A stretch of DNA of 20,000 bases, taken from the IMG/VR virus record IMGVR_UViG_3300018878_000140, positions 58,053 to 78,052 of that record; one strand, given 5' to 3'. The notes under the pieces were generated by a model. It was not told the DNA's origin and did no database searches. It was given only the letters and a program-made list of their open reading frames with translations. Shown in pieces: positions 9,701 to 17,462 of the stretch. This DNA comes from an uncultured virus (IMG/VR IMGVR_UViG_3300018878_000140). Taxonomy: Duplodnaviria; Heunggongvirae; Uroviricota; Caudoviricetes. The position numbers and the translations under genes are program-made. Position 1 is the stretch's first letter. Every line of letters starts with the position of its first letter.

Positions 9701-11101
9701 GATAGCGGTAATGGATTTGTTATATATGATAAAGAGCATGATGATTCATTTATTTATGATTATAATTTAGATGAGTATATTAAAACTGATAATAACGGTA
9801 ATATACTTTTACCTTCATTAGATGCTCCATTAGTTATAAATATTAAGAAAAATGATATTATTCTTGAATATATTGATACGTATAAGTATATGACAAATGA
9901 AGCTTATGGTATTAATATATTCGAGATAGGACGTGTTTTGGAAGGTATTAGATTTAAATGGAATTTTTCAGATCATATTGATGGCACTATTGGTGTAATA
10001 GAGCAATATGTAAATGATGAAAAAATAGATACAGAATCTAGAGTATATGATTATCCTGAAGATATTAAATCTAATATAAGTTTTAAATTCAAATTTAATA
10101 CATTGCAATCTACTATAGAAAAGCAAGTAGATATTAAATTCTGTAATGGTATATATTATGGTATTATTGATGAGGATGAACTTCAGTATTATAGAAGAAA
10201 AAATATGCTTTCTCTAAATAATGCAATAGGAGTTGTACCAAAAAATAAAGAAATTCCATCAACTGCAGAGCTGGAAACAATTGAAGAACCTATAAGTATT
10301 CTTAAGATAAATAATGAGATTGTTGATGATATACGTATAATTAATTATAATATGGATATTATATATAACTATATAGCTTATTATATTAAAGAAGATGGTT
10401 CTTATGATTTTGAGAATCCAATAACCGATATTTATGCTATAAAAAATGAATATGCTTCAGGTAATATTGTTATATTTGATAGTGAAGGTAATCTTGTAAA
10501 ACCAGAAGCAGTAATTATTGAAACTATAGAACCGTCTATTTATATATCAGAAGATAAATTACCAGAGATTATGTCTAAATTTGTAGGTAATAAAACTGAT
10601 GGATACCATAGCGAAGTATTACTTCAAGATACAGCAGCTATAGACGATAATTACGTTATCGGAAATAATAATTATTTTATTTATGCATGTCCTAAGAGAT
10701 TGGCATTTGATAATATCGGTAATATGCTAATAAGTTTCAATATGCCAGATATTACTGAAGATTTGATAAAAGATAATCTTGATGAGCATACTACTCCAGT
10801 ATATACAAATGGCGATTTTGATGATCAAAATTTACTTATAAAACTTGATGAGTACAAAATGGAATATATGGGAGAATTTGAATATACTAATAGCTCTAAT
10901 TATACTGAAACGTATGTTATGTGGAAATCTAATGGCTTCTTCACACGTGGGTATGAAGATCAAGAATTCAATATATCAGTCACAACAGATTATGATAATT
11001 CAAAAACTTCTAATAATCAAGTTAGATTAGTAAATACAGCATCTCTAGATGGCGCAAGCATAAATGATGATGTTGTATTCATTGATACATTCTTATTATA
11101 A
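6755..11101 (+). CDS. Large probable virion structural protein (tail/baseplate-like)
   Basis: 1448 aa with recurring hydrophobic-F-x-N-G strands (MLFINRK, IVFKNGK, LIFLNGE, MLFINGR, LYFVNGK) and a C-terminal GIYYG...YFIYACPKRL...YTNSSNYTETYVMWKS segment of the kind seen in phage tail proteins. Confidence 0.6.
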   Translation: MDKLSEKIISTLKSNTYNSVYQNTLAKLPIVITEEGTYINKIEIDGDLYFAVTSEDGSIKETYSSNEIQVDVKDTVFTDYNPDNVVALNKINIEKELIRKCRLVNVEKFHYDDTWYSHRCSVDNRIENFGILQVGNLPFRSLDKLVNKKSFICRMDQLIFTGIMQPFMLFINRKFVNWNNIDIVFDCDESYLLIHEDKYEYKDEDGNKKTKYIYNYYDLKDANDMYMIILPYSVEFVGTESDEIWDKNYEMLCSFLQDSLHLNNDNKIEIEVPTMYSIYKNRGMVYNVGAWLFSQLHMNYLDSLSEIRIKKLKNINLERKIYDDNGNLLEIYRTRFNAMDKDSYDMETYNKICYGDKYRIINHPTFKFNDDGILDYENGTNILTILDESLKIKRIVRKDKKIIINQSSDNETLFKESFIVFKNGKYYQECEFDYYDSNIFTINNENEDTLDIISFIPDDIEYISNHKNHFINKDFYANKILDYIHDKFIEPKTDDESKKRINDMEELLKISSNNLNYLFLDSYKYEENLNSGFNSIMNYDPLLLNDSIKTSIRSKSIRGSEANKYIIKEALKDYDKDGKLYKRDALKITRCKYTDHESYVLIFLNGELIENYSEMYVTSNYFLLPLDEEFNSDDIIELLYFTDCDNNEIHFNITDNMIAKLEESDDTKFVKTDLFKEYIKSEDIKIFADYPNNLIYKDLIEKNNDIAFNISYRNTNKDLLVFKDEIENKNNNLTAVSSRKFIYERLYVDQKAYRIKLGERFRYCDNQKQYMLFINGRRMEDDTFLITIPKYTRPFWGMFLYTAKFVEPGDRIEIFYVPEELNNINTEEVAPSTFNIDGYIETEKENLKVPYTGDFYLYFVNGKKIPNDDIIPVDSHTVKLKSNPGSLLKLNINPVYRDINNNIAKYMQSSSISKYDKFIDIIKEKFTYYWLDRLFDAQIKISQNPTEEEVNKLKTNVGTIALVNEIVRDFWVTGGVEYNKIDDSGNGFVIYDKEHDDSFIYDYNLDEYIKTDNNGNILLPSLDAPLVINIKKNDIILEYIDTYKYMTNEAYGINIFEIGRVLEGIRFKWNFSDHIDGTIGVIEQYVNDEKIDTESRVYDYPEDIKSNISFKFKFNTLQSTIEKQVDIKFCNGIYYGIIDEDELQYYRRKNMLSLNNAIGVVPKNKEIPSTAELETIEEPISILKINNEIVDDIRIINYNMDIIYNYIAYYIKEDGSYDFENPITDIYAIKNEYASGNIVIFDSEGNLVKPEAVIIETIEPSIYISEDKLPEIMSKFVGNKTDGYHSEVLLQDTAAIDDNYVIGNNNYFIYACPKRLAFDNIGNMLISFNMPDITEDLIKDNLDEHTTPVYTNGDFDDQNLLIKLDEYKMEYMGEFEYTNSSNYTETYVMWKSNGFFTRGYEDQEFNISVTTDYDNSKTSNNQVRLVNTASLDGASINDDVVFIDTFLL

Positions 11102-11125
11102 AATAAAAAATAAAAAGAAATATAT

Positions 11126-11151
11126 AACCCTAGGGAGTAATCCCTAGGGTT
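11126..11151. terminator. Bidirectional intrinsic terminator between convergent genes
   Basis: AACCCTAGGGA-GTAA-TCCCTAGGGTT, 11-bp stem with a GNRA loop; T-rich 3' flank and A-rich 5' flank. Confidence 0.85.
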
Positions 11152-11157
11152 GTTATT

Positions 11158-11883
11158 TTATTCTTCTATTTCTTTCATTAATTTTTCAGCATTCTTTTTT
11201 AATATATCTTCACCATATACTTTTATATAATCAAATTCGCTATATCGTATACTTTCTTCTTTTTCTGGTAGGCTTATAGCCCAATTATAGATATCTTCAA
11301 GTCTTTTTTGTTGATTCCAATTATTGTATATCCATTCTATGAATTTATCTTCATCGTCTATACAACTAATATCTTCAGGAATATTATCTATAATATTATC
11401 GTAAATTTGAAATATTTCATTTTGTATACTTCTATTATCTATTGACCAAGTGTCTGGCAATGGATGTTCTTTTAATATATTAAAATCGTTCCATAAATAA
11501 AAGTAAATATATGGATAAGAAAATATTTCTAATGTAGTTTCATATGTATCTTTTTCTATATGACCTTCACATGAGAATGCAGTATAATAACCTTTAGAAT
11601 TAAGTACTTCTACTATTTGGGCTATATTGATATCTAAAGGTATTTGCAATGAATGTTTACCACATCTTTTACAAGCTCCATGATATGATACACTAGTAGA
11701 AAAATAATCTAACTTGTCTAAAATATCTTCAGTTGTATTATCATGCGCTACTGAGATTCTTATTACATTTAAACATTCTGGACACATTAAAGCGATAGTG
11801 CCATTTTCAGCAAATGACTTATCGTTATTGTATTCCCATACACCTCTTTGTGATGATTCATAGTATTTAAATTCATTATTCAT
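11158..11883 (-). CDS. Hypothetical protein with Zn-ribbon (CPEC...CKRC) and D-x-x-I...LN-x-KGY-x-T-x-FSCEGH motif
   Basis: 241 aa ORF; motifs read directly from the translation. Confidence 0.7.
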   Translation of the reverse strand: MNNEFKYYESSQRGVWEYNNDKSFAENGTIALMCPECLNVIRISVAHDNTTEDILDKLDYFSTSVSYHGACKRCGKHSLQIPLDINIAQIVEVLNSKGYYTAFSCEGHIEKDTYETTLEIFSYPYIYFYLWNDFNILKEHPLPDTWSIDNRSIQNEIFQIYDNIIDNIPEDISCIDDEDKFIEWIYNNWNQQKRLEDIYNWAISLPEKEESIRYSEFDYIKVYGEDILKKNAEKLMKEIEE

Positions 11884-12283
11884 TATCAGATTCCTCTTCT
11901 TCTAAATTTTGAGTGATTATATCATTAAGTAAATCATCCACTTCTTCATATCTCATATATATTTCATTACCTACATCATGAAGATTTGATATATGTAAAA
12001 GCAATGGAATCATATCAAAATATTTTTGTGCTGCTTTGATTTCTTTCTTACTGCCATAATTATTAACTATCATTTTAAGTGTTTCAAGATAGCTAATTAA
12101 ATTATTAGAAGATTTTATCATATCTTCTCTATCAATCTTAAGATTAATTTTAATACCACATATTGAACAAGTACCATCATATTCACTGTATTCATAATGT
12201 GTACATTTATTACGTTCAATATCAACATTGCTTGGTTTAAGTTTTTTAACATTGTACTTGATTTGATTAAATATTTTTCTCAT
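11876..12283 (-). CDS. Hypothetical protein with putative Zn finger (C-x-H...CxxC)
   Basis: 135 aa ORF with SD AAGGAG; CTHYEYSEYDGTCSICG. Confidence 0.7.
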   Translation of the reverse strand: MRKIFNQIKYNVKKLKPSNVDIERNKCTHYEYSEYDGTCSICGIKINLKIDREDMIKSSNNLISYLETLKMIVNNYGSKKEIKAAQKYFDMIPLLLHISNLHDVGNEIYMRYEEVDDLLNDIITQNLEEEESDNE

Positions 12284-12309
12284 AATTTTATCTCCTTTAG
12301 TTTTTATTA

Positions 12310-12325
12310 CATTATTATATTATAT
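12310..12325 (-). promoter_or_regulatory. Early-type phage promoter ATATAATATAA-TAAT-G
   Basis: Variant of the TATAWTATAA-N4-G motif, upstream of ATG 12283. Confidence 0.45.
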
Positions 12326-12352
12326 TATTTAAATAAAATTTGAATGTTGTTA

Positions 12353-12376
12353 CCCGTAGGGCGTTAACCCTACGGG
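12353..12376. terminator. GC-rich stem-loop, probable terminator of the multi-HTH gene
   Basis: CCCGTAGGG-CGTTAA-CCCTACGGG, perfect 9-bp stem. Confidence 0.7.
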
Positions 12377-12416
12377 CTTTATCAAGGAGGTGTAAAAATA
12401 GCTAACAAGTTATATT

Positions 12417-13013
12417 TTACTTTGTTGGAAAATAACCTATAATTTTTAAATAATTTCTAACTGAATTAGCGCATCTTCCGGTCTCTTTTGCTATCTTTGG
12501 AACTGTATATCCAAGCTCCCATAGCTCTATAAAATGCTCTATTTCAGTTTTAGTTATTCGATGTTTAATTTTTCTTTTAGTTTTAGTATGTTGCAAACGG
12601 AACCTAACATTGTTTGATTTAACATTTAACTCTTTAGCAATAGTAGCAATACTTTTATCACGAGTATCCATTTCATTCATTTCTATAACTTGCTCGTCAG
12701 TAAATTTATTTGAATAGCATGTACATTTTGCCGAAGATTTAATACGTTCTCTAATACATGCTCTGCTTCTATGCATTATTTTACTAATAAGACTTATAGA
12801 ATATCCTTTACTACGCAATTCAAGAATTTCTTCTCTTTCTTTAATAGTAGTGAATTTGCGTCCTTTTGTTATAGAATTATAAACCTCAATAGGATCTACA
12901 TCCAATTTTTCAGATATTTCCATTACAGAATATCCAACAGCATACAATTCTTTAGCCATCCGTTTATTGCAATTTTCTATTGCTCTATCGTATTTTTTTA
13001 ATAGCTCCGTCAT
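12417..13013 (-). CDS. Tandem helix-turn-helix DNA-binding protein (4 HTH repeats)
   Basis: GYSVMEISEKLDV, GYSISLISKIMHRS, DKSIATIAKELNVK, GYTVPKIAKETGRC; SD GGAGGAG. Confidence 0.8.
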   Translation of the reverse strand: MTELLKKYDRAIENCNKRMAKELYAVGYSVMEISEKLDVDPIEVYNSITKGRKFTTIKEREEILELRSKGYSISLISKIMHRSRACIRERIKSSAKCTCYSNKFTDEQVIEMNEMDTRDKSIATIAKELNVKSNNVRFRLQHTKTKRKIKHRITKTEIEHFIELWELGYTVPKIAKETGRCANSVRNYLKIIGYFPTK

Positions 13014-13026
13014 TTTAATTCTCCTC

Positions 13027-13064
13027 CATTTTAATAAATAAAATTATGACTTTATTAAAATGTC
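13027..13064 (-). promoter_or_regulatory. Late-type promoter GACA-TTTTAA-TA (13064->13053) within a 12-bp inverted repeat abutting the RBS
   Basis: CATTTTAATAAA (13027-13038) / TTTATTAAAATG (13051-13062). Confidence 0.55.
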
Positions 13065-13083
13065 AGATATAAAAATGGTATTT

Positions 13084-13710
13084 TTAGATACTTTTAATCC
13101 AATTATAGATAATCATTACATTATCTTTAAATGAATCTTCTTTATTAATCTTTGCAAGCACGTCATAACCAGATGCTGCAAAATCAGCTTTAGTGATAAG
13201 TGCTTTAAGTGATGTTGAAATAACACCCTTAGGTCTACCAAATAAGCTAGAAAGATCATTAATAAGAGTATCATAGCTCTCATGCTTTTCAACTAATGTA
13301 GGAATTACAGTAATGCAGTTGTATCCAAGACTATCAGCACTAATACCCCAAAGATCAAGTTCGCTTTCTACAAAAGAGCATCCATCATCTATATAACAAT
13401 CCTCTTCAGTGTCACCCTCATTACAATCTTCTACTACTTCTTCTTCAATAGGTAGCTCTTCATTAACAGCCTCTTCTTCTAAAAGAAGATGATTATCATC
13501 TGTGCCATTTAAAGTAGAATCTGTTTCCTCTTCATCCTTACAAGTGCATTCACACTCTCCATTACAACAGCAACACTCTTCTTTGGATTCCTCTACAATG
13601 GTATCTACTTCATCAAGTGTTACTACATTAGGATCTTCTTTTACAGTATTTTCTGTATGATCCTGCTTACAGAAAATAGATTTGAAAATTTCGATTAATT
13701 TCTTAATCAT
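13084..13710 (-). CDS. Acidic, Cys-rich protein with C-terminal degenerate Spo0A effector-like domain
   Basis: Start moved to ATG 13710 (SD GGAGG). [19 protein letters not shown] cluster; the C-terminal ~95 aa align by eye with Spo0A_C (G-I-x-A-xxx-GY; L-xx-D-L-xxx-F...I-xxx-L-K-xx-I-xx-A). Confidence 0.6.
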   Translation of the reverse strand: [208 protein letters not shown]

Positions 13711-13774
13711 TGGAAATCCCTCCATAAAATAAAATAAATTATTTCTAAGAATGCTTGACCACATTCTCTAAATT

Positions 13775-13786
13775 TAATAATTTGTT
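13775..13786 (-). promoter_or_regulatory. Late-type phage promoter AACA-AATTAT-TA
   Basis: Perfect AACA-N6-TA upstream of the Spo0A-like gene. Confidence 0.55.
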
Positions 13787-13810
13787 TGTTTAGTAGTATT
13801 TTTATAATAA

Positions 13811-15034
13811 TTATTTTAATGAAAATACTTCATATGGATCAATAGAAATCATTTCTAGTGTAGAGTCATGGAATGCTTTCATGGCACGATTCTTAACGCT
13901 ACTCATCATAACCATACTTGTTAATCCAGCATTTTCAATACCAGCACGTCTAAATAAAGTACCAGCACAAGCTTCGCATATACATCCATCTTTAGTTCTT
14001 TTACATAAAGAAGAAAATCTCATATTTACAGTTTTACCTATGAGAGATGCCATATTTTCAGAAGTAATTTCTTCAATACTACCATTTGATTTAATGTAGT
14101 ATGAATACATCCAGTTTTTAATATTTTTCTTATTTAATGTAACTTTAATTGTTCTATTAGTACCACAATCTGTATTAGGTATTACTTTAATATGCTGAGT
14201 TGCACGAGTGAATAATTTCTCATCATAACCACCATATCTTGTTTTCTGTGATCTAGAATATGGACCACCTACAGCGGCATCATTTGTCTTAGCAAAATCT
14301 TTAGGTTTTAAACCAGAAATGTAAGATGATCCAACGTAATCATATGAACCATCGGTTTTTCTAATTGAACCCTTAACAAGATACATATTCTTAAAGTTAT
14401 TACCCCATGAAGAACGAGCACCGGAATTATACATATCTACAGATTCTGAATCTTTTAATTCATCTTTAGCAAAACTAATTAATTCTTTTTCTATATTTTT
14501 TATTGCTGTAAGATCTTTATTTTCAATACCTTCTTTATATTGTTTTTCTAACTCTTTCTTTTTCTGCTCTGCTTTATTTGTAAATAATAACATATCCATT
14601 GTATGTGATGGGCATATAGCAGAAGCGCAGCCCATTAATATTTGAGATTGTACTATAAATTCTTTTAATTGATCTACTGTAATCTTTTCTTCTAAAAGAG
14701 CATAAGAAAGTTTAGAATTTATATCACCATAAACGTCATCTGTTATTGGTTCATTTACATATCCGATTATATTTGAAAATGGTTCTATAAATGCTTTATT
14801 AAATACCCAAAGACCAATTGTGGTTTTAAATGAATTTTTATTCTTTTTAGAAGAACCATAATAACCCTTAGGGATATCTATGGTATCATAAGTATTAAAT
14901 CTTGGACCATCGCCATAATCAGCAAACCAATCCATTATAAGAGATTTTTCACATGCTTTTTCATGAGTTAATTCCAGTATCTCTTTTACGTCATCTGGCT
15001 TTTGTATTTGTTTGCTAGAACGTTTTGTTGCCAT
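13811..15034 (-). CDS. Multisubunit RNA polymerase beta' subunit, C-terminal half (virion RNAP type, phiKZ gp80-like)
   Basis: MYNSGARSS ~ MADSGARGS; YISGL...KTRYGGYDEKLFTRATQHIKVIPNTDCGT ~ bridge helix to EDDCGT; RFSSLC...CEACAG Zn site; ends shortly after MKAFH (~MRTFH trigger loop). SD AGGAGGT. Confidence 0.9.
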   Translation of the reverse strand: MATKRSSKQIQKPDDVKEILELTHEKACEKSLIMDWFADYGDGPRFNTYDTIDIPKGYYGSSKKNKNSFKTTIGLWVFNKAFIEPFSNIIGYVNEPITDDVYGDINSKLSYALLEEKITVDQLKEFIVQSQILMGCASAICPSHTMDMLLFTNKAEQKKKELEKQYKEGIENKDLTAIKNIEKELISFAKDELKDSESVDMYNSGARSSWGNNFKNMYLVKGSIRKTDGSYDYVGSSYISGLKPKDFAKTNDAAVGGPYSRSQKTRYGGYDEKLFTRATQHIKVIPNTDCGTNRTIKVTLNKKNIKNWMYSYYIKSNGSIEEITSENMASLIGKTVNMRFSSLCKRTKDGCICEACAGTLFRRAGIENAGLTSMVMMSSVKNRAMKAFHDSTLEMISIDPYEVFSLK

Positions 15035-15073
15035 ATATATTACCTCCTATGAATCTTAATTTCATAATAATTT

Positions 15074-15085
15074 TACTAGAATGTC
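15074..15085 (-). promoter_or_regulatory. Late-type phage promoter GACA-TTCTAG-TA
   Basis: ACA-N6-TA about 40 nt upstream of the beta'-C start. Confidence 0.55.
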
Positions 15086-15211
15086 GCATGATTTTAAATA
15101 TAGAAATTGCTTAAGTTTACGTCTTTATTTATCTCTTTACATAATTATACTAATTTATATAAGCGATAAATTTATATAAACTACTTTGGGTTTCAATTAA
15201 TTTTATAGCTC

Positions 15212-15223
15212 TACAATTTAGTA
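15212..15223 (+). promoter_or_regulatory. Late-type promoter TACA-ATTTAG-TA upstream of nrdD (second copy TACA-TAATTA-TA at 15138-15149)
   Basis: ACA-N6-TA motif. Confidence 0.45.
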
Positions 15224-15262
15224 AATTTCAAAAGAAAATATTTTAAAATGGAGGACGCATCA

Positions 15263-17446
15263 ATGAATAATATTACTATTATTAAAAAAGATGGAACAAA
15301 ACAACCATTCAATATAGATAAGGTTATTAAAGCTGTATCTAAATCTGCTGAAAGAGTAATGCATTCTTTTACTGAAGAAGAAATTGAAAAGCTTAAAAAG
15401 ATTGTTATAGCTAAAGCTAAAGAAAAAGCAATATTGTTTGATAACGAAATTAATATTGCATCTATGCATTCTATAGCAGAATATGCTTTAGACCAAATCA
15501 ATCCAGATATTGCAAGAAGCTATAGAGAATATAGAAATTATAAAGTAGACTTCTGTGAAATATTGGATTCTGTATATAGAAAATCACAAAGCATTCGTTA
15601 TATAGGAGATGTATCTAATGCTAACACAGATTCTAGCATGGCATCAACTCAAAGATCACTTGTATATGGTCAGCTTAATAAGAAATTATATAAGAAATTC
15701 TTTCTTACTGTTGATGAAGTACAAGCTGCTAATGATGGATACATTTATATACATGATATGAAAGATAGATTAGATTCTATCAACTGCTGTCTTTGTGATA
15801 TTGGTAATGTGCTTCGTGGTGGATTTGAAATGGGTAATGTATGGTATACAGAGCCTAAATCTCTTGATGTTGCATTCGACGTTATTTCAGATGTAACTAT
15901 GTCAGCGGCTGCACAGCAGTATGGTGGATTTACAATACCTAGAGTAGATACAATTCTTGCGTATTATGCGGAAAAATCTTATGAATTATATTGTAAAGAA
16001 TATCTCAAGATATTAATTGATCTTGGATTATACGAAGGAAATGGGGCAGAATTATCACATCATTTAGAAAAGAAAATGGATAAATATGCCACTAGAAAAG
16101 TATATAGAGATTTTGAACAAGGTTTCCAATCTTGGGAAATGGCATTTAATACTGTAGGTTCATCTCGTGGAGATTATCCTTTTATTACTATTAGCTTTGG
16201 CGTTGATACATCTCGTTGGGGAGTTATGGCGTCAGTAGCTGCTTTAAGAGTTCGTAAAGGCGGTCAGGGAAGAAAAGGTAGAAAGAAAGCTGTATTATTC
16301 CCTAAACTTACATTCTTATATGATGAGAATCTTCATGGTAAAGGAAAAGAATATGAGTTCATGTTTGATGAAGCAATAGAATGCTCAAAGAAAGCAATGT
16401 ATCCTGATTACTTATCGCTCACAGGTGAGGGTTATATTCCTTCTATTTATAAAAAATATGGACAAGTTATATCTCTTATGGGATGTCGTGCATCTTTATC
16501 TCCTTGGTATGCTAAAGGTGGTATGAAACCTGCTGATGAGAATGATAAGCCTATATTTGAAGGAAGATGCAATCTTGGTGCTATCTCGCTTCACTTAAGT
16601 ATGATATTAGCAAAATCAAGAGAAGAGAATAAAGATTTCTATGAAGTGCTTGATTATTATCTCGAACTTATTAGAAATTTACATAAAAGAACTTTTACTT
16701 ATTTATCAGAAAAGAAAGCTAGTACAAACCCAATTCAGTTTATGCAGGGTGGTTTGTTAAATGGTTATCTTAAAGCAAATGAAAAAATTGGTGAATTATT
16801 AAGACCAATGACAATGAGTTTTGGTATTACTGGTTTAAATGAATTACAAGTTCTTTATAATGGTAAATCTATCTGTGAGGATGGACAGTTTGCTTTAGAA
16901 GTAATGCAGTATATTAATGATAAGGTTGCTGCTTTTAAAGAAGAAGATAATATACTTTATGCTATTTATGGAACCCCTGCGGAATCACTTTGTGGTCTTC
17001 AGATTGAACAATTTAGAAATAAATATGGTATAATCGAGGGTGTTTCTAGTAGAGAATATGTATCTAATTCATTCCATTGTGGTGTATGGGAAAATATCAC
17101 ACCTATCGAGAAACAAGATTATGAAGAAAGATTTTATAATTTGTTTAACGGTGGTAAAATTCAGTATTGTAGATATCCTATTAACTATAACACAGAAGCT
17201 ATGAAAATCTTAGTTCGTAGAGGTATGGATAAAGGATTCTATGAGGGTGTAAATGAACAGTTATCTTATTGCGATGATTGTGGTCATGAAGAGCTTAATA
17301 TGACTGAAGAATGCACTTGCTGTGGTTCAGAAAATCTTACAATTGAAGATAGAATGAACGGATATTTGGGATATACCAAAGTAAATGGAAAATCAAGATA
17401 TAATAAAGCTAAACTCATTGAAATCAAGGAAAGAGTTAGCATGTAA
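15263..17446 (+). CDS. nrdD: Anaerobic (class III) ribonucleoside-triphosphate reductase
   Basis: N-terminal ATP cone (IIKKDGTKQPFNIDKV), IYIHD, NCCL, MGCRA, YGTPAESL, CDDC...CTCC Zn site, glycyl radical loop RMNGYLG. Start moved to ATG 15263 (SD GGAGG). Confidence 0.96.
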   Translation: MNNITIIKKDGTKQPFNIDKVIKAVSKSAERVMHSFTEEEIEKLKKIVIAKAKEKAILFDNEINIASMHSIAEYALDQINPDIARSYREYRNYKVDFCEILDSVYRKSQSIRYIGDVSNANTDSSMASTQRSLVYGQLNKKLYKKFFLTVDEVQAANDGYIYIHDMKDRLDSINCCLCDIGNVLRGGFEMGNVWYTEPKSLDVAFDVISDVTMSAAAQQYGGFTIPRVDTILAYYAEKSYELYCKEYLKILIDLGLYEGNGAELSHHLEKKMDKYATRKVYRDFEQGFQSWEMAFNTVGSSRGDYPFITISFGVDTSRWGVMASVAALRVRKGGQGRKGRKKAVLFPKLTFLYDENLHGKGKEYEFMFDEAIECSKKAMYPDYLSLTGEGYIPSIYKKYGQVISLMGCRASLSPWYAKGGMKPADENDKPIFEGRCNLGAISLHLSMILAKSREENKDFYEVLDYYLELIRNLHKRTFTYLSEKKASTNPIQFMQGGLLNGYLKANEKIGELLRPMTMSFGITGLNELQVLYNGKSICEDGQFALEVMQYINDKVAAFKEEDNILYAIYGTPAESLCGLQIEQFRNKYGIIEGVSSREYVSNSFHCGVWENITPIEKQDYEERFYNLFNGGKIQYCRYPINYNTEAMKILVRRGMDKGFYEGVNEQLSYCDDCGHEELNMTEECTCCGSENLTIEDRMNGYLGYTKVNGKSRYNKAKLIEIKERVSM

Positions 17447-17462
17447 AAGGAGGTATTATGAT

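Noticed and set aside
15040..15262. NrdR box or riboswitch upstream of nrdD
   Set aside because: No convincing match to the NrdR palindrome and no GC-rich aptamer-like structure.
17345..17375. Unusual glycyl-radical motif RMNGYLG (vs RxCGYL)
   Set aside because: The radical Gly and GYL are intact; to my knowledge this variant is common in Firmicute NrdD, so it is not novel.
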